A stretch of 64,000 nucleotides of DNA from Gnetum montanum (taxonomy: Eukaryota > Plantae > Gnetophyta). Location: assembly GCA_015680685.1 (NCBI GenBank), contig MNCI01000551.1:928985-992984 (forward strand), written 5' to 3'. The position numbers and the translations under genes are program-made. Under the pieces are notes generated by a model. That model saw only the letters and a program-made list of their open reading frames with translations. It made no database searches and was not told the origin of the DNA. Numbering within the stretch: the first letter of the stretch is position 1; the number at the start of each line of letters is the position of its first letter. Below are positions 14,234-28,800 of this stretch, piece by piece.

Positions 14234-15104
14234 GTGAGTCACATCTACCCTGTCATGTGGGTAGGGGTTATACTACCAACCTCAAGTTATCTTTCCTTCA
14301 AAAAAAAAAACATTTATCCCCGAGACTTAAGTTGTCTTCCCTCTATAAAAAAAATTTAGAAAAAAAAAACATTCACCCACAAGATATATAATGAAAATAA
14401 CTTTATAACTCAACATTGCCTATCAAAATTCAACCCATAACTTAGAGCTTTCAAAACGAAGATGTCACCACTTGGCTAATAACTCATAGTTATATACTTC
14501 TTTATCAATTACCCCCAACATTAATCAAGCAACTTCATAGTTGGCTCAAGTGGTTAGCTTATTATCTTGTTAAGCAAAATGTCATAATTCAAGTCTTATT
14601 TGAGGCATTATTGTATTCATTTATAATTCTTCTAGACTTTTTATAACAATGATATAGCAACCATAATTGAACTGACAACTTCTAACATATTGATATTTTA
14701 ATTCTTAGATTCAATCATAATGAGCACATTTAATTTTTTCAACAAATCTTATGTTTGTTCAATGGATCTAATGTTTCTTCAACAAATTTAATTTTTTAGT
14801 AGATGTGATATTTCTCTAGTGAATTTGATTTTTTTTAGCATATCTTATTTTATACACAAATTTTTCTCTAGCAAGATCCATTCCCAAGGCTAAAGACCCC
14901 AAAATGTTTCTTGAAAGAAAGGAAATGCATAGGTGACTTTTTTTCTACAACAATCAAATTAACATTAACATAGAAAATTAAAACAAAATCAGCAACCCCA
15001 AAATCTAGCTTTGTAATAGGTCAATCAATATTAATGTTAAGAATGAAGAGATAATTTTGAAAAGGAATAGCCACAATAAAAACTTGTGCAAGATACCTCT
15101 GATT

Positions 15105-15109
<5 letters not shown>

Positions 15110-15141
<32 letters not shown>
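15110..15141. repeat. (TG)16 microsatellite
   Basis: Direct inspection. Confidence 0.95.
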
Positions 15142-15142
<1 letters not shown>

Positions 15143-16598
15143 TTTAAACATTTATAAATCAAAGAAATGACAACAAGAGATTGATAAATCAGTAATCTCA
15201 AATTTGTTCAATGACATAATATTATTTTATATTTTCTAGCAACACTCACAAAACAAAATCATCTAAATATAACTATTGTAACCATCATACCATTCATCAT
15301 TTAATCAAGCAATCAATATGTTTAATAACAAAGAATAGATAAATCACAACCATAAACTAACATACTAGATTTCCCCCTACTCCAATGAACTTATAAAAAG
15401 ATATCAAAATCAAACTTGAGAAGGTATAAAAATATAAATCAAGATTTAGATCCAGGATTTAAGTATTCAAGGGAGAAGAATTCATCAACCAAATTTTAGC
15501 CAAAATTCAAGAATTCAATAATTTTAAAACAATCACAATTAGTCATGGGCCCAAAGATACTCTCACTTTCTACAATCCTCATATCAGGGATCCTTAACCC
15601 TTGTTTGCAATCTTTTTTTGCCAAAAATGCCCCAAATGGTTATGGGTGTTTTTGAATCATTACATAAACAACTCTCATCTAAGTCATTTAGGTGTAAAAG
15701 TGTTGAGGATAGGTGGAAAGATCCATAAAGAAAACAAACAATTCAACAATCTAAATTTTTTACAATAATCTTAGTAATTTCATACAAGCATTGTGAAGGT
15801 GATTAAGCAAGTAAGAAGAAAAGTTGAAAAAATCAACCTATGTTGACCATTATCAAGCATAGCATAGAGGGATCATTTTACCTCCTTGCCTAGTTTTCTT
15901 ACTTACTATAAAAAATTATTGGAGTGTTGGATTACTATCAACATTCTTTCCATGATCACTATAAAAAATCAATAAAATATATATATTCATAAGTTACAAG
16001 TTCAATTCCTCTTGATAATCATATAACATTCAAGTATAATATCCATCTCTATACCTTTTAGAATCATGTCATAAGATGCAAAGACAGTTTTCAAAATAGA
16101 CTCAAAATAGGAAACATTTAGGATACATTATCAAACAAGGCACCTTTTTTTTTTCAAGTCATCATTGATGTTAATTTTCCCATTGTCTTATGAAACAACT
16201 ATGGAGGGGGTACTTATACTCTACTATTTAAAAGAAAAAAGAACAATGCATCATAATTAGATGAAACATTTCATGTACTTATAAAAATAAAATACAAAGT
16301 TATGGTATTTGCACACAATATCCTTGACTCATGGGTCAAGTTCCTCCAACTTGATTCATAGATCAAGTTTCTCAGTAATGAGTACTCTTTCACATCTCCT
16401 TTTTAAATTATTTATATTTCAACATATTTGTTTTAGCTCTTGAAGCACACCTTAGAGTATTGTCCTCTCTTTCTTTTTTGTTTCTCAACCTCTCTAAAAT
16501 AGAACAAAAAAACACATTTTCTTTTTCTATATATTTATTTTTTTTAAAAAAAACACTCCTAGCATGTATTTTAAAGCATATTTTTTATATATCAAGTA

Positions 16599-17331
16599 TG
16601 ATGAGGAGCTCCCATGGATTCCATGATCCAAGTTCTCTCAAAGTCATAAAATAGCAAATTGAACAAGAAAAAAGAAAATGAAAGCTTTATTCTTACTCAA
16701 ATTGAGAAATTATAGCTAAAAGGAAGCACAATTCCCAAGGATAAACAAGAGATTCAATCCAACTCGCACACACTCAATCAAAGGAATTACACACACACAA
16801 GGCACCTTGCCAAGACTCTATCTCTCCATCTCTCCTACTCTTCTCTGAACTCCCTACACTCTCTTTCTACTTTCTTTCTCACTTTAGACTCTCTTCATCA
16901 AATTGAAGGCCCAAGGAGTCTATTTATATCTTTTTTCCCCCATCTCTTCATCTTCCCTCTAATTTATCTTTCACTTTAATGTTCATTAAAATCCATTGCA
17001 AACATCTACGAGAGAAACAGGAGACGTCTTTCCCAAGTGCAAAGTCTCAAAGTAGACGTCTTCAAATCTTGTGGGATGTCTCAACAGAGACGTCTACAAT
17101 GCAAATGAGACGTCTCACTTACAGATGGGACATCTCCTCTACAAGGCCAAAATACAAAATATGCTTGTTTAGAGGCTTGGAACCTTTGAACACCTCCAAA
17201 CTAGTCCACATAGCCCTCAAAACACCCTAAAGTCATCAAAATAGCCCCAAAAGATTCAAACATGCCAAAACTCATAGGAAAGATCCCATCAATGGAAAGA
17301 TGTTACTTTGGCTTGTTTGATGTCCACATCA
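16599..17331 (-). mobile_element. Solo LTR, 733 bp
   Basis: Termini TGATGAGGA...TCCACATCA are imperfect inverted repeats, flanked by 5-bp TSD AAGTA (16594-16598 and 17332-17336). Minus-strand TATAAATA at ~16921. Confidence 0.8.
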
Positions 17332-19711
17332 AAGTATTTAAACATTTAAACATAATATATATAAAATGAAGAGGGTTAGCATTAGGTTGGTAGTTGGCTA
17401 TAAAACCTATGTTTCAATTATTTTGGTTTCCAACACTTCCTACCATTATTTCCATTTGCTTCATTTCTATTTATCACATCATTGTTAATCTCACCATCCA
17501 ATTGAACAAGAGGCCAAATTATCTAAATTGCTTACATCGAAGAACTTGCTTTTGGATTCTAATATTTGAATCTCTATTTTTTGCAATTCCACTAAAAGTG
17601 CACACCATGTTCATTGTTTGACTTCTACTTCTTTGATGGTAGGGTGTTTCTCCAAGATTTCCATAGATTCAGCCCCAAACAATATCATCAACAAGAGCAT
17701 ACACCAAAAGATATTATCTAGATAGCTCATTCATAATAATAATAAAGAAATAAGCACTTTAGAGCAAATCCTTAGCGTTACACTACCTTCACTGAAATAT
17801 TTAAAGTGTCTCCATATATAATGCGAGCTCGAATGATAGGAGGAAAATGCTAACGCAGAATGTTAGTAAGTTAAAAAAAAAAACACAGTGCATTGTATCT
17901 TTTTAAAAAACAACAGAAAATTCAACCAATTCAGAAGGGAACCACAAATAAGGCGCTTTGTTTTACAAAATACTACTTTGAAGTTGTGGAACTTGGGATT
18001 AAATATCAAACTCAAGCCATCGGGGGCCTCAAGTTTAACATGTGTGGTGGGTTGAGTGTATATTTCGGAGTCTTGATTCTCCTGCAACACCCAATCCTAT
18101 GAATAATGTTACAAAATTCTACCAGATTAACGAGATGTTATGACTAAAACTTGTACCATGTGTATTTACAAAATGATATGTATATAATAGTGTTGGTTTC
18201 AACCCATAAAACACATTAACTTAAATATAAATTAGAAATGGAATACAACCCTAAAATCTTTTGAGATCATAGATATCAACCAAATAATATGATCGAGGAT
18301 CCATGCATTAGTGCACAATCTAAAAATAATGGTCTCAAAGGCTAAATTTCAGCTATTCTTTTTCCCAAATCAATGAGGTGGGACTTGGTTTTAAAGGCAA
18401 CTTCTATAACAATTCACAGGTTTGGCATATGAGTTCCCAAGTTATGCTGAGATATAGTAGAACATAATTTTTGAGATAAAAAGCAAAAACAGTGCAGTTG
18501 ATAAATATCAGTTGTTAGCATCTTGGCAGTTCCTTAAATCTTGTAGATTCTCATGCAAAGTTTCAAACAAAATAAGTTTTCTGTACACGTTTTCATGAAA
18601 GGTTTCTTGTTTGGGCAAGAAAGTGGGTGGCCATGATAAAATCAGAAGATCAGGTATGGGGTTTGCTGCTAAAGATTCATGAGTATTGCACAGGTTATTG
18701 TAAAGACAGGTTATAAATGACATCCTGCCTGTCACTGATAATGACAAACATGGCTTCTAGGCACATGGTTTTTTAACCAAAAAAAAAAATATTTTTAAAA
18801 TAAATTATACTCATTTAGGACCTTCGTGAAATGAAACAAATAATCCAAATGTGGTTTAACAGTTGCTATGACCAGAAGTCGGCTAGGCTCTGAATCTTGC
18901 TACCATATTGTCAAAACGGTAACATTGTCAGACAACCAGTACTGACGCACCCCATTCAAAAGACAACTATTGATTTTCTATCTTCTCTAAGATCCATCGG
19001 TACAGGGCACTTTTTTCTGTGTGATCAACGCCACTCCAGATATAGCATTTGTAAAAGTATAACTGCATCAAGTATTATTAGAGAAACCAAATACTAAGAA
19101 TATGCCTGGAAACAAAATATGCTACATCACAACGAGATAGATGCTTACAAATAAATATAAAAATAATGAGAACACTATCAGTATTGGCAAAAAGCTTTTC
19201 TAAAACAGAATACCTGTTCATTTACAGCAACATCCCAATTATAGCAATCCAGAACAAGCTTCCTGGTAAAGACAGGAAAGCATCTGTCCATCATGGGTTC
19301 TTTTTAAAAAGTATATATCAAAGACGTAACGAGCGTACTGCTATGTATTCAGAAATATTCAATGCATTTGACTGTTTGAACATCACAAGTTGAAGCCGAA
19401 TGTTTTAGAGGCATCCTTGTTGGGCATGTCCTTAACACCCAATGGTACAAGGTCTTGTATATTTAAAAGCATTTTCTTAGCTGGTGAAAAGTTTGCCAAA
19501 TTGCCAAAGAAGTGTCAAAAATTTGGCACCAAAAGAATAATTTTAAAAAAATGTAACCTAAGAAGTCGGTGATACAAGAAAACAATCATCTAAAATATCA
19601 GGATCCTCTACTCAAACTTGCTTTGAAACAGAACTAAAATTTCTGTCCTCTATGGCATTCATATATATATAATAGATAAAAAGACTTGGAAAGACAGTAT
19701 TTGGAACTTAC

Positions 19712-19834
19712 TCTTTTAGGCTTAAGGAGGTCAATCTTCGAATGATCAAGTATCCTTTGTCCTTTTTCATTTATATGGATAAAATCTGCATAATCTCCGT
19801 CCCACACAACATCGCCATCGGACACAAAATAATC
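19712..19834 (-). CDS. Kir exon e (DYFVSDGDVVWDGDYADFIHINEKGQRILDHSKIDLLKPKR)
   Basis: Acceptor aaatacag|GAT and donor AGA|gtaagt, phase 0. Matches the Kir C-terminal 'DI.W...Y.D....IDY..F....P' block. The downstream terminal exon is not resolved. Confidence 0.85.
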
Positions 19835-22800
19835 CTGTATTTTGCAAAAAAAAAAAAAGATAAGATAAAACATAAATTTAACAACAGCAATAATGAATGG
19901 AATATTGATTACAGTTATGAACAAAAGCACACCATTCAAGCTTAAACACTAGCTTGCAGTTGCTAAATTTGGAGAACAATAATTCAACGCTAGAAGATTA
20001 TTCATTATTTGTTTTCCATTCAAACTGAGAGCAGACAAAAGCATTGCTAAATGTGCGTTTCATGTTTTTTTACACGGAAGAATAAGAAAGATAAATTCCG
20101 GTCACAAGCCACAAAACTTCCATACTTGGTGATTGCTTGAAATTTCTAGATGATTATTGTTTTCCAAAAAAAAACAAGATGAGTAGCCAGGTAATTGTAA
20201 GTCGGATGGTGTACAAAATCAAGCTACAATAAGAAGACTTGCGAAGTTAGTCTTCAATGAAGTTGAAAAAAGTGATTTGAAGATTCTCTGTAAAAGACTG
20301 TTTCTGAATAAAATAACCAGTTACGAGGAGTTGAAATTCTAGTGGAAGAAATAATACTTGTCTCAATGTCGGTATTTCTTACGTAATATTATTTTTAACG
20401 GACTTTTAGTTCCTTTGTTACTTAGCTACGAGATTTAAAATAACTGTCACATGTATGGCTAAAAACTAAGTTTTGCAACCATTGATCATCCATAATTAAA
20501 TTGGGGAGACAGAATAACCATTTATTTCATGAAATCCTGATCTTTAAAACATACTTTTGAAAGCTAATTTTAATTACTTGCCTACTTTCTCATTAAAATA
20601 TTGTCAAATACAAGATAATCTGAGAATTAAAAAATTCATACTTTCAACAAATACCATATACAAATCGACATACCTCCAAGTGAAATATTGATTGCATTGA
20701 TGATCTTTCTAATCCCATTACTGTTAGAGAAAAAGAGGCATCGCCTTCATCTAAGGTTTCCATTGTATGCCCATATAATGGGCTCTTTTTGTCAATGATA
20801 TGGCGTACCATAAGTCCATAACGAAGATATGACACCTGGAATGTTTGAAAACCACAAATTATTGAAGAATGCATATTTGACTGCTGAGTTGATATTAAAA
20901 AAATTGGTTTAAAAAAATTCAGACAGCTACAGACTTGTGTAATCAACACATTGACAATAATGAAACTTAGGCAAAGCGGGAAAGCTAAATAACTAATGTT
21001 AAAAATTTTCGAAAGAGAAAAACCGTGAAATCTTAAAAACAATATCAACTTGATCTAAAAAGCTATAAATGTGTAGGATTGACATACATCTTTCATGTCG
21101 CAACAGAATGCATGAATCCTAGATTGTACAAATTTCCAAGCTACTGTTTTATGTCTACGTATAATAACATTGTAGCAACCATTTTCTTTCTTTCAAGGAG
21201 CCCAGTAAATTAATATCTGTTTTAACTTATACTGGAAAATATTGTTGAACGTTAGTAAGTAAGCATAACGCAAAATATGCAAGATTATAGTGAGGGCAGA
21301 AAGGTCTTCTGAAATGATAACTCCCGCTGGAGATGTCCCAGCAATAAGTACATGACGTTTGAAATAAAAGAAATATTTTAATTTTAAAAATTACACATCT
21401 TGATGAAATATTGTAAATTTTTAAAAATTACATTAATGTCCAAAAAAAATCAGGAATGCTAAGGCAGATGTCAAGTGTCACTAGAAAAGATTGAATGAAC
21501 AATTCTCTTATTAGGAAAAGTTTGGAACTGGCAACCATCATTGGAAAGATAAAGGAAAGTAGTTTTAAATGGTTTGGTCATGTGCAAAGAAGACCAAAGA
21601 TTGCACCTTTTAAAAGATGCTGATTAATTGAATTAGACCAAATCATACCTGACATGTGAAAATAGAGAAGGATGTCTAAGATTTGGGTATTAACATTGAT
21701 TTGCCTCTTAACAGAGCTGAATAGTGGAAAATAACTCATGCAGCTGACTCAATGTAGTTGAGATAATGCTAAGATGATGATGACAATGATGATGGATGCC
21801 CAAACAATTGTTCATTGAATGACAACCTAAGTCAAATGTATCTAAATATGTGAATTTGAAACTAGCTATGACCTGCATCACTAGACCGTATTCCAGTAAT
21901 TTCTTAGATAACACTAGTAGCATTGCTAACCGTGGACCTGGAAAATTAGTATACACATTGAAAACCTTACAACCAAATCACCTATAGATGAACCTCCAAG
22001 CACTCATTAGCCAGGAGGTGTAAAATGCCTTGCAGCAGGACTCTACATCTTTACAAATAATGCCTATAGTGATGCGAAGCACAGCTCCATGCTCTGCCCT
22101 TGATGTAGCAGTGTAGCATGAATCCCTACATCAGGATGATCCTGTATCATAAGCACATTTTTACATTGGGCCCCATGTTCCAAACAATGGGTTAGCATCC
22201 AGATAGGTTGTACCCATCAAGACAATGGTGACCAAATGGCTTAGGAGATCTTACTAAAACATAGTCTCTCTAGTTTGCAAGGTTGCAGTGGCAGCATTAC
22301 AGGACACTCAGAAGTCAAGGGAACTAGGTTCAAATGATGTGAAAATGCATCACCGGCAACTGATCAAACTAAGATCCCCTGACAGGAAAAGGGCCCCTCA
22401 TATGGACATTATATTCTTTAAGAAAAAAAAGAATATTGTATATAGGTTTATGGCTAATGTGTTTAAGCACTGGAGATTTAGATAGTGTTTTATAAGGTTC
22501 ATCACCTAGAGATTCAATGCTCATCCTCCTAAAGCAGACGGTCAGTGGATGAATGAAAGCCTAACCTTTCTCAAGTGGCTGCACCCACGCTCAAACTCAA
22601 GTCTTATGACTTAAGAAACAAGTACCTTACCATCACTCCAAGTGGATCCCTTAGACATTGCTTTATGATATATGAAATTTCCATCTATCTATTTTTAAGG
22701 TTAGAAAAGGCTGTCTAAATTGGGAAAATATAATGAAAATTTTTGAATCTTTGATTTAGCAAATATCATGCACAGAACAGCAGAAAAATTTTTCCTTGAT

Positions 22801-25800
22801 TTCAACATAACTAGCAAAATGAACATATAATTATAGAAGAAGTCCATGGCAACACATGTTGCTAGATAGTCAATGAATTCTACAACAAAGGTATTTGGAT
22901 TGAACAACAAAGAAAATACAAATAATGCAGTCAATCTACAGAAGCTTTCATTCTACAAATGATGAGGCAGCCAAAAAAAATCCCAAATGGTCTAACATTT
23001 CAATGTCCACAAATGGTGGATCCTCAATTGCAAGGATCCACTTTTTCTTAGTTTTTGTCTTCATGTTTGTGGATGTGTTTGTGAGCATACTTTGTTATGA
23101 TGATGTGTATGATTTGGTTCCGATTTGCAGATTTGCCTATGATTTCACAATTATGATGGACTTGAATTGTGTTAACCATGCATTCATGACTTTTGTTGTT
23201 TGATGTTGATTTGCAGATTTACCTATGATTTTATAATTGGGATGAATTTGATTGATGTGCTCATAACCTTTATGAAGAATAGCAGCTCTTGTATGCATGG
23301 GTTGAATGATATGTTGGTGATTAGTTGAATGACCAATTATTCGTCTTTGTGATACTATCCACTAATTTAGCATAAATTAATGAAACAAATGAAAGGATTG
23401 TTGAGTAAAGATGGAGTTGACATGTTATATTATTGCTGAGGTCGTTATATGTCTTGATTGTTCATGTGTTGCATGACCTACCTACATTAGAATAATTTCT
23501 TAAAAAAAATAAAATGTTCTTTATGAACTGCATATATATCAATGCAGCTATCAGGTATCTGATGTACATGCTTTTGGGGAGAGCATGTTGGAACCCATAA
23601 CAATTTGACTACAAGTGCACCTCAAGACATACAGCCAATACCATATGTTAGAAGAATTATAAAGGAATATAATTATGCCTCAAGTGGGACTCAAATTAGC
23701 AGCCTATTCCCTACAAATACTTGTGAAACAACAAGCTAATCAGTTGAACCCTCATGCACATTCTTTGTTGCATGTTCATACAAGTTTTGGATTTGTTATC
23801 TCTAAATTTTGCTATGCCCATACTAACCATTGAGCAATCACATTTGGAAAGAAAAGAAAATGACTCTTTATGTTTTTTTTTTCTTTTTTGGAAAAATGTC
23901 AAGCTATATTAATCCAAAAAAAATGGTTGTACAAGTGGAAAGCGTGGGTCAGCGACTCCATGCCCCAAAACAATACAATTCATTTGGATCAAAATCCTTC
24001 CCACCCCCAACCCCCNAAACATCAACAAAACCCCACACTCCCACAAACCCGGCCTAAGCCACAACACAGCCCCAAGCCAACCAAAGACAAGCAACGCCTA
24101 CCCCATAGGACCCTCAAACCCCACCCTAGCCACACAACCACTAAGCATACACATCCAGTCCTAATCCGTCACCCCCCATAGTCCTACTCTCTGCCTTGGC
24201 TGAGGTCATGGACGGCCCTGTATCCACCGTGGTCTACATGCTCATTAGACTAGGCCCAAACGTCAACCTCTAATTGTTCTCTTCAATGAGCTGCGCCAGC
24301 CCCATTTGATGTTCCACAATCACCACTGCCATCCATCACAAGTCCTAAAGCTATCGAGAAATCACCTCCCTTTGGATTTCAATTCAAAGATTCTCCCACC
24401 GCAGCTGCCATTGCCCCTTCTCCTCTAGGCACACTTGCTTGGTGGCAAGACGACACTCCTCAAAGTGTGTTCGGCCACCATTGGTCTACGCAAGCTCCCA
24501 CTCCCTATCCTTTGAATGGCTCAGCCCCTCATCCCTGTCTGAAGCAGTGCTACGATTTCCCATCTTTGGCATCCTGGCACCCTGTCCATGGCCCCACCAA
24601 TGTTGATAAACCAGAGTTGTTGTCAGGAACACAACCAACACACCTGCGTGCCATAGCACTAGGATTACCCCCGGGTGCCATCTGGGCTACCACCTTTGCA
24701 AGGACTCCCAGAAAAATTGAAGCAGGTTGATGGGGGTGTCGTGGCACATATGCTTCAAGAACATGAAATGGATGCCCACAAGCTTATGTGGGTATCCCAT
24801 CTACACAAAATGCCTTTCAACCAAAATCGCTACCTCCCTCCAAATGCCTTGCAACCCAGATTTCTTGATATGTCCACTAGTCATCCTAGGAATTGGTCCA
24901 TGGAAAAAACCGACCACGTTCGTTTGTGCCCTAGCAACTGGTGCCACCACTTCCTCCTCCGCATTCATCCCTAGCGCAGCAACCAGCGTTGACACCGACA
25001 CCTCAATCTTCCTACCCCAATACTATGTTTCGGTGCCTTCCTAGTTGTCATAGAACTGCTACATGGGCAAGCCCAACTCTCCTTCCAAGCATTTTAGCAT
25101 GTCCACCCAGCCCATCCGCTCGACCAACGCCCATAACTCAGGCTCCCGAGAACTCCATCCAAGAGGGTGCGAAGAGCAAACACTGCTCCATAACTTCTAT
25201 GGCCTCTGCCCACAGTAATCACACCTCCCAGCCAACCGTCATCACTAGAGGAAAAACCTGCCCCTGGAAGACCACAGAATTCGGGCGCTTCCACAGAGTC
25301 CACAACATGGCAAGCACAAAAGAATCCCCGTGACACACAGCCACAAGGGTCACATTACCAAACAGCCAGATTGCCTGAGTGACCCGACACTCCTCAATAA
25401 AATGATCCAACGTTTCAGACGCAACGTGGCAAAACAAACAATTCGCCGCCACTTGAATTCCTCTTGCCCTCTATAGTGACCAAAAACGTAAGCGGCTGGA
25501 ACGTCGAGAGGTCACTGGGCATACAACCTAACCACGGATCTATGCAAGGGCCGTGCTGGGGTAAATGGAAACAGGGTGCCCTGAACGGTCTGGTCGATCA
25601 AACAGGGACTTAATCGGTGTACAATAACCTTCCGTAAACGATCGTTTTAAAGATGTTATGTGCGAGCTGAGCGATAAGCGTCAAACGTAAACCAATGGAG
25701 GATAGTGCAAAATATGAAAATAGCAAAACAAAAATAAAACAGGTTTGAGAGAGAAGGTGCACCGCCCCAAGATCGGGGGATCTGATCTTTGCTTGACTGA

Positions 25801-28800
25801 AGGAGGTGTACAACAGATGGCAGTGCAGACAGGCACAGCTTACAATGAAGCAGTATGGTCACAGCTCCTTGAACTGCTGTCAACAGCTTGCTAACAGGAG
25901 CCTTCTGCTTGCCAGTCTTCTTGCCAAAGCTAATTGCCAGGAAGCCAAAATGCTAGAATGCCAAACACGCTCAAAAGCCAACCACGCTAAAAATGCTAGA
26001 ATCCAACCACAGGAAAGATGAGTCCAAAAGCCAACCTTTTGAACATTGTTCGCCGGGGTATTTATAGGGCCAGGAGTGGGAGAAAAACATAGTTTGGATG
26101 CCACATGTCTTGGGCCCCACGGAGTGCAAACGTGACTATGCCATACTGTTGTGTAATGTCGGATGTAAAACCTGCTACGTTGTGACCATACCATTCAAGC
26201 TACATGTGCCAAAGTCCAGTAAGTTGCCATATTTGTTACAAAGAATGCCAACAATGAATGCAAAGTGGAGCCTGTACTCCAGGACTACGTCTTCTCTGCT
26301 CTTGCGGGCAGGGTCAAGCATAGGAACAACTTTGGGGGCAGTCAGGGAGGGTGCAAAACAAAGCAAACTTGCTGATTTTGTCCTTTGAAGGGATGCCAGA
26401 ACGAGAGTGACCATTGCTAACAAGCTTTGGAGCTAACTGAAGATGTCTTGGGGCTCCCACACAAGTGTTACGTTGTTCACGCTGCCTAGCGTACCGGTGT
26501 AGCATAAACACCCGCACGTTATGCTGCGCTACGCTGCGTAGCATAGCGTAGTCGCCAATCTTGAAAGAAATCTTGCCTGAAAGCCGAGAATACATGTCTA
26601 AGGCCTGGCTAGGCAAGCAACTGCAACCCTGTCTTTCATGCTGAAAAGTCTTGAGACATGCTGAGTTCACCTTGGGACGCTTTGGTGCTTTGTGTTTTTG
26701 CTACGATGTGCAACGTAGCACAACGTAGCAGTCATTGTGACATGAATTCCTGTGTGATCTGCAATGCTTTGTCAAGGAACTTTGCTTGGAGCCAGAGGGC
26801 AAAGTGGGATAGTCAGTCTTGGAGGCCGGAGTGTGGCCAAGTGCAATTCTCTTGCTGGAACCACTTGGCAAAGGAGCCTTCATGTGTTCTATCCTTGCTA
26901 CGATGTGCTATGTTGCATAGCGTAGCACAGCGTAACACCCAGTTTGGCTTGGATTCTGACTCAAGCTTGCAAACGTTTGGTCACGGGATATTAATCATGT
27001 CCTGGCGTGTCAACAGAGCAAACCTGTTTGACGGTTGGAGCATGGGCAAGTGTGCTTACTCCATTAGAGCCATATGAGTAGGAGTATCGTCAGAGTGCAT
27101 CCCTGCTACGCTGTGCTACGCTACGTAGTGTAGCACGACATAGCACTCAAATTGCAATAATTTCTGACAAAACTTGCCACATTTTGTTGTATCATGTTAT
27201 TCATGCATCAAGGGTGAAGTGAGGCATATGCCCTGGAGGGCTGAGTTGTTATCAATCTGCATCTTTTGTACCCATTCAGTTTCCTCAAGGCCTACTACAT
27301 TGTGTAGCGTAGCAGGTTCCTGCAGTTAAAAACTTGCCAAACTATTTCGTTCATCCTGAACACTTTCGGCAGCTCCTAGCATGGTCCTTGGGTAGACCGT
27401 CAGCCGGTTAAGTGTCAAGCTGGGCAAGCTAGAGGGTGTAGCAAGCCTGTCAGCCCGAGAGATAGAAAATTTTCCAGACTGTACGGTCTACCCCCAATGC
27501 CTCTTTCATGCAAACTAGCCTTGTGGCTGGATGCCACATTGACTGTGCCGCAGAGGGCATTGTCTGCACGGTCCAACATGACACCATGCTTGCAAGGACC
27601 CTTGCCCAAATTCTGGGACTACTAAATCATGAGAATCCCAAAATTTATGGTGTTTCAATGGCCCCTCTTTGTTGACGTCTAGAGGATCTGCCCGAGAGAT
27701 GTCAACAAAGAATACAAAACACCATGAAGAACCAGACACCAACATCGTTCTTCAGTGTCCGCTTAGATGACACTTTGCTACATTTGAGAGTGCTGGGAGA
27801 GTGATGTAGGATAGGGGGTAAGGGATGGAGTTGAGGAAATAGGTTCGGGGAAGAAACGAGTGTAAGATGTAATGCTTTGAAAAACTATTGCCATAGTGTG
27901 ATCCCTCGTCAGAGTGCTTATGAGGGAGTCAGCACACATGGGTGTCTTTCTTTGTTAGCCTTTGACCTCTCACCGGAATACAGAGATGGTCAATTTATGG
28001 CCAAAGCGATTGTTAAGTAGCACGTTGTGCCATTTGTTTTAGGCACCTTTGTTTTTTTTTTTTTTTTTTTTTTTTNGCTCTTTTTGCATTTTTGTGCTTT
28101 TCCTTTGCTATACACCCACGTTCACTTGCAAGCAACCTGTTGTTGTAGGACAAATGTTTCCTCCCCAAGATGAGTTGTGTTTCATCCATGTGGGGCTTTG
28201 ACCTACCTATAGATGCTTCCCATGGGGCGAGTTGCATTACGCCCATCATAGACTTGAGGGTTGGGCATGTGAAGAGGCTTTATGTGCATTGGGAAAGCTT
28301 GTGAATGGGGATATGAAAAATTGCAAGTATAAGGAACAGGGGTTAAAGTGGCTGAACGGAAGGATAAAGTGTGCACTCCCAAGTAGCTAAGCTAATCATA
28401 GCGATTACTTCGGAACAATGGAGTGTCTTGCTCTTGTGGCAAAATGCATCTTTGAACGAGGCCATCTTGGTTTGTATCCTGCAAACACAACAAAGAGAAA
28501 ACCAGAAAAACGACCATCAAATGAAGTGAGGGCAAAGTCCTGCTTGCTTTGGACACCGTCAGAGTGGCAAGTGTTGTTGCTAAAGTGTGCAATGTCCAAA
28601 GTAGGAAGGCCAGCATAGATCCTGGCCACGGCAGGTTGGAAAGGGTGGCACCGAACAGACTAGGAGCAGTGGTGATGCAGGTGCTCAGGATTCCTCGCCC
28701 AAGGAAAACATCATGCAGTCTAGCTGCAAGGTGAGAAGCCTAACAGCTGAACGCCTCTTGGACTCGGACGATGGCAAGGGCTGGAGGATGGCAATCTTGT

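Noticed and set aside
14525-14610. tRNA-like A/B-box sequences here and at ~4245, ~22560-22650, ~49250 and ~53510-53590
   Set aside because: No complete cloverleaf can be folded. They are more likely decayed SINE heads or TE fragments.
17863-18747. Minus-strand ORFs downstream of the last Kir exon
   Set aside because: No recognisable homology, and earlier acceptors already give stops. They may be 3' UTR.
25610-27745. Many short ORFs duplicated at 42475-44600
   Set aside because: They are incidental frames in the two LTR copies.
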